Assembly: GCF_001194135.2 (NCBI RefSeq)
Contig: NC_068986.1
Location: 94,715,876 to 94,762,599 of the forward strand
Reading direction: 5' to 3'
DNA: 46,724 nt
Origin: Octopus bimaculoides
Taxonomy: Eukaryota
This document shows, piece after piece, positions 36,480 to 46,724 of the stretch (position 1 is its first letter; each line of letters begins with the position of its first letter). The position numbers were made by a program, and so were the translations under genes. The notes beneath the pieces were generated by a model. That model worked only from the letters and a program-made list of their open reading frames with translations. It was not told the DNA's origin and ran no database searches.

Positions 36480-37220
36480 TGCAGATTCTGTGACACATTT
36501 GACGAAACAGTAGACCATCTCGTCTCGGGATGTCCTGTATTGACAACAAACGAATACAAAAATAGCCACGATAGGGTAGGACAGTATTTACATTGGAAAA
36601 TATGTAAACACTACAAAATCAGCACTCCTGCTTACTGGTGTGAACATCATCCTGAGCCAGTCGTTGAAGGTAAGAATGTTACTATCTTCTGGGATTTTCC
36701 AGTCAACACTTACAGAACGATCCAGACTAATCAACCAGACATAATCATTAAAGACAGAGAAGAAAATACTTGTAGACTAATAGATGTAAGTGTTCCCACT
36801 GATAAAAATATATCTGTAAAGGAACTTGACAAATTAAGTAAATATGAGGAGCTGGAAAATGAAATACAAAAGATGTGGCATCTTAAAACAAGAACTGTTC
36901 CTGTTATTGTGGGTGCTCTTGGTATGATAAAAAAGGGATGTCAGAAACATCTAAAGAAAATCCCAGGAGAACCATGTCTCAGAGAAATCCAAAAGATTGT
37001 GCTGACAAGTACTGCCCACATCCTTAGAAAAATCCTATTAATTCAAATGTTTGTGTTGTATTACATGACGATATTTCACTATTGACCCTGCCACTCCTCC
37101 TCCCCAAGCTTTCAGTCATACTGTAACATCTCTTATTCTTCACTCACCCCAGGACACTAGGTGTGTTTCGGCAAGTGATTGTAACAAAAATGCAGATTAA
37201 AAGTAAAACATAATAATAAT
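36480..37220 (+). mobile_element. 5'-truncated R4/Dong-clade (restriction-like endonuclease) non-LTR retrotransposon, 3' end
   Basis: The frame from 36480 reads CRFCDTFDETVDHLVSGC (CX2CX8HX4C knuckle), then YKNSHDRVGQYLHW, QPDIIIKD...CRLIDVSVP...K..KY (RLE PD-D core) and VIVGALG. A ~130-nt 3' UTR ends in (TAA)n, and TAA repeats also lie on the 5' side. Confidence 0.85.
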
Positions 37221-37720
37221 AAAGTTGTTGTATATTGTCAACTTAATGTGACAATCCCAATAAGGGAATATACTACTGCTGTTTAGCCCTAGGAAGCTGG
37301 ACCGCTTCCTGTCGGCCTTGCACTACAGCTTAAATCTCTCTGAGAGATTTAGAAAGGTGTTATTTCTAATTTTGGTAACCAGTGAATATATTTCACTGTG
37401 ATTATATATGTTTGCAAGAGGTTGACAGACTTCTTCAACCAGCTGGTCATGCTACTTCATTCAGGCTGATGATGAGCAAAGACTCAGAAACATGTCCCTG
37501 AATGCTGGCTAGGCTGGGTGGAGAAGTTTGTCTCCCCCTCGCAAACATAAGGACACAGTAAATGTGTCAAGGCCGACAGGAAGCAGTCCAGCTTCCTAGG
37601 GCTAAACAGCAGTAGTATATTCCCTTATTGGGATTGTCACATTAAGTTGACAATATACAACAACTTTATCGTATCACTACTGCTTAAATCTCTCTGAGAG
37701 ATTTAGAAATGTGTTATTTC

Positions 37721-37724
<4 letters not shown>
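37219..37724 (+). mobile_element. Non-coding hammerhead-bearing element with a 102-bp inverted arm pair and a 50-bp terminal direct repeat (Penelope pseudo-LTR or retrozyme-like)
   Basis: 37219-37320 is the reverse complement of 37568-37669 with one mismatch. 37321-37370 repeats directly at 37675-37724 with two mismatches. The hammerhead lies between the arms and (TAA)n flanks both sides. Confidence 0.7.
37458..37504 (+). ncRNA. Type I minimal hammerhead ribozyme motif
   Basis: CATTCAGG-CTGATGA-TGAG(CAAAGA)CTCA-GAAA-CATGT-C-CCTGAATG. Helix I is a perfect 8 bp, the CUGAUGA and GAAA core is intact, helix II is 4 bp, helix III is the palindrome ACAUGU, and the GUC cleavage triplet predicts a cut after 37496. 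Confidence 0.85.
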
Positions 37725-37764
<40 letters not shown>

Positions 37765-38943
37765 GTTTCAAATTTTGCGACAAGGGTAGCAATTTTGGGA
37801 GAGGGGATGAGTCGATTACATAGACCCCAGCGTTTAACTGGTACTTATTTTATCGACCCCCAAAAGGGTGAAAGGTGAAGTCAACCTCGGCAGAATTTGA
37901 ACTCAGAACGTACCAGTGGGCGAAATACTGCTAAGCCTTTTGTCCAATGCGCCAGCTCACCTTATAATAATAAATCTTTTCTACTTTTAGGCACAAGGCT
38001 CGAAATTTTGGGGAAGGGGACCAGTCAATCAGATCGACCCAGTACGCAACTGGTACTTAATTTATCGACCTTGAACGGATGAAAGACAAAGCCGACCTCG
38101 GCGGAATTAATAATAATAATAATAAATACTAAAAATTCTTGAAGAAGGTGCTCCAACATGACCGTAGTCTAATGACTGCAACAAGTAAAAGGTAGAAGAT
38201 ATACAATAATAACGAGCTTATTGTATACAGTGCTCAGGGGCTCTACAACTTGATATAAAAGAGTAAAAGAGGGGACAGAAATCGGCAATAAGGGAAGTAA
38301 AGAATGATAAGCAAAAGTAAATGGATATAGTGCACAAGACAAACATCGCAAAAAAGACAGAATAGAGCCAAAAAGAAAAGAGGAAAGGGTACATGGGTAC
38401 GTCAGGAGTAGTATTAGTGAATTACAAGAAGCAGTTTTGAAGGATATTGTACTCTGACAGCTAACAACTAACGCAGGAAGTGTTTTTTTTTTCTCCCAGG
38501 CTTTCGTTAATTCAAGGCGTAGAAAAATATCTACATGTAGCGGGCAGAGGGGCTTGACTAACAACAAAAATTAGAACATGTAGTAATAATAATAATAATA
38601 ATAATAATCACTCTTCAAGTATTAAGTGTCTTAATTTTTTTTTTTTTTTTTGCGTTTCTAATTTGTTCTTTCACACAAAATAGTCAGACGTCGTTTGTAT
38701 CAAATAGAAATAATTCCTTTATTTGAAGCTAAATAAATAGAGGTGTGTTTTTATACTATCAAGTAAAACGATAGCTGAGACTAATATTTATACTAAGGAT
38801 GCAATGCAAGAAATGTAAAGTTTTTTACGATTACTTATCGAACTTTGAATAGAATTCTTCGTTTTGGAGTTTTCTAAATAACCACTAAATATAAAGTATG
38901 TTTTTAGTCCTTCAAGCTGACCACATAATACAGTAGTCATTAG

Positions 38944-38987
<44 letters not shown>

Positions 38988-41191
38988 CATATGTTATCGC
39001 CACTGAGCATCCATACTAACAGTGAGTATTAACATTGACAACTATACAAATGTACGCATACATACACATAGATTCTGATGACAGCAAGTCGAACCTTCGA
39101 AGTCATTGTAAATTNNNNNNNNNNATTATTTTGAAGTGATTTGTGTGTATTACTACACACATACATGCAAGTCGTAACACGAACAAAGTAAGAGATATTC
39201 AAAATACTCAACAAGGAGTAAATATTTATTGTAACGAAACCAGTTCAACTTGACTACTCTTCCGTTTAAGTTTCATTCGAAAGGAAAAAAAAAACAGTGG
39301 TCAGAATCTTGGCATGAAACTTAAAAGAACAAAACAACGTGTGTGTGTGTGTTTACTTGATCAACTGTTTGTCTATAATGAGAGCAGGGAATAAAAGAGG
39401 ACTGGAATAACGCATCTCCAAAGACCATGCATGGAATGCCAAAAATTATATATATATATATATATATATACATATACTGTGACTATAATCTCGTATCACA
39501 TTTTTTTAATACTGTCAAGGTCGACTAGGTATATCATTTGTCATCGAAAAAGTATTTGCTAGACCTCATTAATGGCCTGTTTTTGTTGTTGTTTAACTTC
39601 CAAGGTCGACTCTATTACGTAATATGTTCCTTGTTTTCAAGGCTGTTATTTTGTAAGAGGGCTCTAACACTGAATCTATAAACGACCTGTTACTGTGACA
39701 AATTAATCAATAGTCGCGTATGGGAAGAAATTAAGAAATGACATTGACGATTTTCAAATATTGCATCACCATTAAACATGCTAGAAATAGCAGCAAAATT
39801 TGCTTTAAATCACATCCAGCTGTCTTAAAGAAAGTAGTGGATAGTGTAGTAAAAAAGTGGTCCGGATATCCTGGAGTTTAAGCGCCGAAACAAAGTTTTC
39901 AAAATGGAAAATATAATGCATCCCCCTCCCCGCCCCTAAAAAGGCTGGCCACAGTTGGAACGCTTTAACACTCCACGAAATCCTGTGATCTTCACGTATA
40001 TGTCAACGCCTTCAGCCATACGACTGATCTAAGTTGATGGTGATCGATACAGTTAGAACATCAGATCAAAATAACTTGTGGTATTTGATTACGGCCCTTT
40101 ATGTTCTGAGCCCAAAATCCGCCGATGTCAACACGGCTCTTCGTTCTTCCGGGTTTAATCTAGTCAAGTATCGGAGTTGATCTATATCCCTTTTCTGCAT
40201 CCTTGATGTGAATAAAATTATAAACAGACTTGGGTTCGAACAACACAATTCCAGACAGAGACAAGCTTTTTCGAAGTCGTTGGACCTATTGGAAATGGCA
40301 TCAAAATCCCCTCAACTCACACCCAACTGTCTTAAAGAACGAATATACTGGATTATGTGGTCCCAGGTATAGGAAAGGGTGGAATGATTACAACTGTATA
40401 GCCTTTGACCGTAGATTGCTTGATCAGACCCGACTTAAGGCTAAAACAATAGCAGCAATCACAACATTTAAAGAACTGTGTGACAAGAATTCTGATCAAA
40501 GTCCGAAAAGTTACCATAAAAGTTGACAACATAAAATATGTGGAAGTTCTACGTCGTTAGTTTAAAAAGGAAGGGGGGCTTCGTACAAACGGCTTTTCGT
40601 TTGTAGGTGTATTTTAAAAAATCAAAACAACAAAAAAAATGTGTTATGTTCGATATTTGAACAGACTCATGTCTTGGGATGCAGTGTAATTGCTGTCCAC
40701 ACGAGCAGGAAATAACCTTTCGTTTGCTCGTTTAGAGAATATGTACTCAACACCCATAGACAAACAAAGAAGAAAGGATATGAAGAGAAACGAGAGACGG
40801 TGCTAAGCAACTCTGCCTCGTTGTTGCATTGTTGAATTGGGTGTGTTTAGTTTGTAAATATTTCGATGTGTGAACGAAAGTCTGAGCGTGGAAGTAGCTG
40901 AGTAATAAAACTATTAATGAATTAACATATTGTTGATCAGGAATAGTACTTCGACGAAGTCGTTAAATATGCTAGAAACCACAGCCAAATTTCTTTCAAA
41001 AACACCCTTTATTTGTTTTAAAAGGAAACGGGTGACCAAAATGATGAAGTTCATATATATATATGTATGTAAGAAACAAAGGATGGGTTTGGTCACGGTT
41101 TGATTGCTTTTGATCATATGTCTGCTCTATCAGGACTCATACAGGGTCAAACGACAACACGGGGAGTGCAAAGAGTCTAACAAACACATAC

Positions 41192-41596
41192 CTTTAAAGC
41201 TGGAACTAATATAGTTTGTTTAAAAGCCGATCTGTCCAGTTGAGTCATTCCTCTCACCGATTCCGGTGGCAGGAGACTTTCTTCGATCTCTTCGCAGGGG
41301 AAAACATCACTGGACATGATCGGGTAATAATATCGATTTCTTAATGACAACGGTAATATTGATTTCTTTGATGGTGAGTTACTAGCGCCGTCCACGCCAC
41401 CAATCAACTTTCGCACAAATGAAATACATAAAATCCAAATTGGTGGCGTTGTTCTGTTGTTGATTGGTGTGTTTAGTTTGTAAATATTTCGATGTGAAAG
41501 CGAAAGTCTGGGGCGTGGAACTTGTCGAGTGGTAAAACCGGAAAATTTTTTCAGCGAACACAAAACGTTACGTAGTTTTTTATGCCATGAGTTCAT
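41192..41596 (-). CDS. TRMT5: TRMT5 coding exon 1 (candidate mitochondrial presequence plus start of the conserved region)
   Basis: The translation ends ...LLPPESVRGMTQLDRSAFKQTILVPALK, which matches the Trm5 N-terminal motif (PP-x-VRGM-x-x-LDR-x-AF). The donor is AAG|GTATGT at 41192/41191, phase 0. There are in-frame ATGs at 41596 and 41317; which is used as the start cannot be determined from sequence. Confidence 0.85.
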
Positions 41597-42507
41597 TGCT
41601 ATAACCGGTGTACATAGTGACTATAGTTCTCTGCGAAAAAATTTCCAAATATATTTTGTCTTTCTGTTATTTTTTTAATAAATGTTCTACAATTTCTCTC
41701 ATTATTTTATTACTCTATTTAGCAATTTTCTGTTGGTTTTATTTCTATTTGATTCTTTTCACTTATAACATTTTAATACTTTTACCGGGTTGCCAACATT
41801 TTAAAAGAAAACATAACTCGTGATACAAAAACATGTATAATACCGCAAGAGTTCACTCCCATAACGGTGTCATTCAGGGATTTAGTTACTTTAAGTTAGA
41901 AGTTTAAATTTCTCTTTTTTTCCCCCCCTTATTCGTTCCTTTTAAGTCATCTTTCACTGGTTTAGGGTTAGGGTTAGATACTTGTTACATTTACTTTTAG
42001 TGTTTTAGTAATAGTGAATGTCAATGTTGTTGAACCCGTTCGGTTTGAAAACTAATTACCCAACAAACACGACGCGACATGTTAAACAAAAATTGAACTA
42101 AAGGAAATAAAATGACATGTTACAAAAAAGAAATTCTTAAAAGGTTGATGTGTATCCCGTAGATATTAGTTTCAAATTCTGGCACAAGGTTAGCAATTTC
42201 AGAGGAGGGGTAAGTCGATTACATCGGTTCTAGTACTCAACTGGTACTTATTTTATCGACCCCGAAAAGATGAAAGGCAAAGTTGACCTCAGCGGGATTT
42301 GAACTCAGAAAGTAAAGACAGACGAAATGTTGCTAAACATTTTTTGTCCGGTGTGTTGTCGGTTACTCTTGTTGACCACATTTACTTTGAAAACATGTTT
42401 GACTTCCGTTATAGATAATGGAACTAAACGAAGAAGCCTGTTATCTTACAAGAAATAGGCGCCAAATATTCCTCAAATTGCACCACGATGTTTTACTTTA
42501 TTATTAT

Positions 42508-43063
42508 TGAGTGAGAGAGCAGTGCATGCCATCAAAGTCACACTGGGGTAAAATATACGAAGCCCATTATACCCATCATGACTACCCGTCTGATAAGGGT
42601 ACACCAGGCACATGCGTCACAACCGTATGTGCATGACATGGTGATCTCATATCAAGATAAACAGCGCATGACCTCGCAGGTGGGGCCCAGTTAGAATTTT
42701 CTTCAGGTCGAGTAGCCCATCCCACTCAAAAGGTCCCTGAATAAGGGTTCTTTAAGGATGTTGGGCAAAACCTCCATGTTTCCAAAAATGAATTACTCAA
42801 ACCCCAAAGAATTCCTCTCAACACTTGGCTATGATGCTCCCCCACTAATTCTGCTCATGATCAGGGATGCACATATCCTCAGCCACCAAGGGACATGCTC
42901 AACTGGTTAAGGTCAAACAACTGACAAGCAAATCTGTGGTATTGAGCAGAATATTTGCTGTAGCCCATCTTTTATACCAAGACAAAACAATGTACATGAT
43001 AACACTTCCAATCAATTAAGATCAGAAGCCATGAGAGCCACTGCCTGGTACTGCATCAGGGCA
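42508..43063 (-). mobile_element. (TAA)n-flanked non-coding interspersed element, copy 2 (longer 5' end)
   Basis: It is an inverted homologue of 33830-34350 with (TTA)n on both sides on the plus strand. Confidence 0.8.
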
Positions 43064-46000
43064 TTTATTATTATTATTATTATTNNNNNNNNNNNNNNNN
43101 NNNNNNNNNNNNNNNNNNNNNNNNNNNNNNNNNNNNNNNNNNNNNNNNNNNNNNNNNNNNNNNNNNNNNNNNNNNNNNNNNNNNNNNNNNNNNNNNNNNN
43201 NNNNNNNNNNNNNNNNNNNNNNNNNNNNNNNNNNNNNNNNNNNNNNNNNNNNNNNNNNNNNNNNNNNNNNNNNNNNNNNNNNNNNNNNNNNNNNNNNNNN
43301 NNNNNNNNNNNNNNNNNNNNNNNNNNNNNNNNNNNNNNNNNNNNNNNNNNNNNNNNNNNNNNNNNNNNNNNNNNNNNNNNNNNNNNNNNNNNNNNNNNNN
43401 NNNNNNNNNNNNNNNNNNNNNNNNNNNNNNNNNNNNNNNNNNNNNNNNNNNNNNNNNNNNNNNNNNNNNNNNNNNNNNNNNNNNNNNNNNNNNNNNNNNN
43501 NNNNNNNNNNNNNNNNNNNNNNNNNNNNNNNNNNNNNNNNNNNNNNNNNNNNNNNNNNNNNNNNNNNNNNNNNNNNNNNNNNNNNNNNNNNNNNNNNNNN
43601 NNNNNNNNNNNNNNNNNNNNNNNNNNNNNNNNNNNNNNNNNNNNNNNNNNNNNNNNNNNNNNNNNNNNNNNNNNNNNNNNNNNNNNNNNNNNNNNNNNNN
43701 NNNNNNNNNNNNNNNNNNNNNNNNNNNNNNNNNNNNNNNNNNNNNNNNNNNNNNNNNTTGTGAGTGAATTTGGTAGACGGAAACTGAAAGAAGCCCGTCG
43801 TATATATGTATATATATGTATGTGTGTGTGTGTGTTTGTCTGTCTGTGTTTGTCCCCCTAGCATTGCTTGACAACCGATGCTGGTGTGTTTATGTCCCCG
43901 TAACTTAGCGGTTCGGCAAAAGAGACCGATAGAATAAGTACTAGGCTTACAAAGAATAAGTCCCGGGGTCGATATGCTCGACTAAAAAGGCGGTGCTCCA
44001 GCATGTCCGCAGTCAAATGACTGAAACAAGTAAAAGAGTAAAATAAAAAACAAAGAATAACAGCAATCGAAATTTATTACTGTAAAGTTAATAAAAATAA
44101 TCTATTCAAAATTCGTTATGTACAGCAGAAGCATTATTAGATTAAAATAGTAATGTAAGTATCATTGTTAGTGCCAACACATCATGGAAAACCAAATTAA
44201 CAGCGGCATTCGTCTGGAGAAAAGATCTTTTATGGACGTAGTGTGTTGAATATCATAAAAATATATTGACAGCAATCGAAAATCGCCCAGCACCAGATAA
44301 CAACCGCTTAAGTTGTTATCTGAGATGGAGAATACTAAGCTGATCAATATGTGGATAGAACTGGAGTTAAGGCAGTTTAATAACATTTCGATAAGTGATG
44401 CAACCAGTTTAAACAATTTTAGGCTTTTTTGCAACAACATAAACAGTGATAACAACATGCGTGCGCACATGTTTACAACGTGATGTGAAAAAAAAAAACA
44501 TTGAAAACAGTAGTTTTTACCTGTGTAACCAGAATGACAGAGAGGTTCTACAAAACCAAACTGTAAGTAAAAACAGTGGTCTTGCAGGTGTGACGTCTAT
44601 GTGAAGCGAATCATTCTCTCTTTGTCTTAGGAGAATGTCCCAAAAATAGCAAGGAGCAAGGCTACGTATTTGTGCAAACTGAAAAATGGTGTGAGTTTCC
44701 ATTTGCCCTCAAAAGGACATGAAAGAAACCCTATTTGTTGTGTAGGGAGAGGTACCCGCCATTCAAAGCAGTAAGGCCTATGAGGTTCTCTTTTGGTGTT
44801 AAGAACCGAAAACAGAGGGAAGGGGTAACTGGGAATTATGAATTTCACAACCACCTCTGTGTTTTGCTCCAATATTTAGGCCATTGAAATACAGGATGAT
44901 GATTAGGGATATTACTCTTAAAATAGCAAGAAGAGATATGTGGTTGGGTGAGCGTCAGGGTGGACTTACATGTCCTAATGACTCCCAAAAGACCGGAGAA
45001 CTATACTGGACTGTGACCAGTTGATGAAGTGGCAACGAATGGCATAAAATTGATAGTACAGGACAAAATGTCCTGCTGCTATAGCTGTAGTAGCAAAGTA
45101 TATGTGGGCATTTTGCTCCGAAGAGCTGAAAAAGCAGAAAAAAATAGAAAGCAGCGGGATGCATTAGGCCCCAGTCTCTGGAACTCCATCAGTTACACTT
45201 CCAGAGGTTGCCGTCCTGTAGCATTACCAATTGCACTACTAGTTGGAGCTTTGAGGGAGGCCGGAACACCCACTCGCTCTCGGTTCTGAAAGCAAAAGAT
45301 GACGAAGCCCCTTCCCTGTAGCACTATATTCTGTCTTGTGATAAAGAAGAAATGGTGGGAGAGTGGGTAATGAAAGAGACAAACTACCGAAGAGGTCATT
45401 AAAGGATAACAAAAGCATTAAAAAAGGATTCCACAGAAGCAAAATGAACATAAGGGATAAATAATCAAAAAGTTCAAGGTCCGATCCAACAATTTCTCAA
45501 TGGTTGCTGAAGGGCTTCGTTTAGAAAACAAAATATTAACGGGTGAGCTAAATAATTCACAAGACTAATTTGGAATGGACAATGCGTGGATGTGTGAGAA
45601 GCTGGATCCCAGTCTAATCGTAAGATAAGCAATTTTTTGTAATCAAATGCTGTACTTAAATAGAGCCACGATGTGAATCATCTCTGGCTCACTCCGATAC
45701 TCGAATCGCTCACCGGCCTTCTCAGGACAAAAGATTATTGGTGTCTGGGACGAAGTGGAAGAGCAGGGTGAAAAGGACCAGAGTTGTGGAAGGGTCTGAC
45801 CCAAAACTAGGTGGCGGCGAATTGGCAGAATCGTTAGAGAATCGGAAAAATACCTTGTGTGATTTGTTCCGGGTCCAAACCCCGACGAGGTCAACTTTGC
45901 CTTACCTCCCTCAGGGGTCAATTAGAGTACCAGTTAAGTACTAAGGTCAATATAATCGACTTGCACCCTTCCCTCAAAATCGCTGGTCATGTGCCAAAAT

Positions 46001-46724
46001 TAGAAAGAATTATTATTATTATTGTTGTTGCTGTTGTTGTTTTTATTTGTAATCTTTTATTTATTTTGCTGATAGAAAACTGACGAGTGAGCATACGTCT
46101 AACAAGTCGAGCAGTTTAACGGATGGTTAGACTGTCACACCGCAGAGATCAGTTGTTTAAAATGTAAACCCAGCACTCCATACGCTTTATAGAAATGAGT
46201 AGTTTGATAATCAGCTAGATGGTAATATAGTGTAACTAAGAAGAGAGAGACATATGGGTTACACTTTATTGTTCAGTTGCAACCTGCATACAATAGGACT
46301 CCTCGATCACGTGGGACCAAGGACTACACTTCAACTGCACCACCTGATCCTTGGGTGGCCTTAGCGAAGTTCACATTCTTGAAAGCATTTAACTAGATCC
46401 CTCATTCCTAATTTGTCATTCGGTCACTTCTGGTTCCCTTTTTGTCCGAGGATTTCCTGCAGATGTCCAACCTGGGTATCAATTGAATATTTCCCTTCCA
46501 GCCCGAGAGAAACATGCAAAGGATTCGGGTAGTGCCTCTACATCTCTGAGTAATTTAGGCATTTTGTTTTTAAATTCAAAATCGCAGCTAGCTACGAAAG
46601 GTCCTCAGTATCCTCTTCAGGACAGGATTTGAAAGGTGAGAAAATTTTCTATTGGAAGACCTAGGATTAGGCCCAGAACGAAATGATTAGACAATATCTA
46701 TAGTCTCAGTTGGTCACGTCTCAA

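Noticed and set aside
21140-38130. CRISPR-like repeat-spacer pattern from recurring SINE cores
   Set aside because: The context is eukaryotic, the spacing is irregular, the units are 200-bp SINEs, and there are no cas genes.
41960-41977. Interstitial telomeric (TTAGGG) repeat
   Set aside because: Only about two and a half units, which is consistent with chance.
43020-43063. HDV-like ribozyme at the 5' end of the TAA-flanked element
   Set aside because: I could not build the nested double pseudoknot by eye. It needs a descriptor-based search.
44168-45500. ORFs upstream of TRMT5 as a divergent gene
   Set aside because: They are short, stop-interrupted, lack a recognisable domain or a consistent splice chain, and may be old transposon debris.

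Overview
Eukaryotic (not prokaryotic) draft-assembly DNA with ten N-gaps (634-775, 10393-11130, 15863-15967, 18017-18394, 19526-20107, 20910-21132, 28842-29267, 33680-33775, 39115-39124, 43085-43758) and a very high microsatellite and transposon load. The repeat families and microsatellite density look like an Octopus genome, which is an inference from recalled repeat families and not a database result. One host gene is supported: TRMT5 (tRNA m1G37 methyltransferase) on the minus strand. Its four coding exons (41596-41192, 35106-34722, 30114-29926, 25629-24785) join through canonical GT-AG sites in matching phase, giving 607 aa with a candidate mitochondrial presequence. The rest is mostly mobile DNA: a decayed RTE LINE and many RTE 3' tails, an R4/Dong-type endonuclease fragment sitting in (TAA)n, a decayed Chapaev3-type transposase, mariner remnants, at least three SINE families and long inverted-repeat elements. 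The most notable observation, found by reading the sequence, is a set of type I hammerhead ribozyme motifs with very short palindromic helix III: 37458-37504 (+), 24425-24470 (+) with a core-mutated inverted twin at 24195-24240 (-), 11295-11352 (-), and a degenerate candidate at 39070-39109. They lie in unrelated small non-coding elements that resemble Penelope pseudo-LTRs or retrozymes, and one sits downstream of a tRNA-like Pol III head. Self-cleavage activity is untested.
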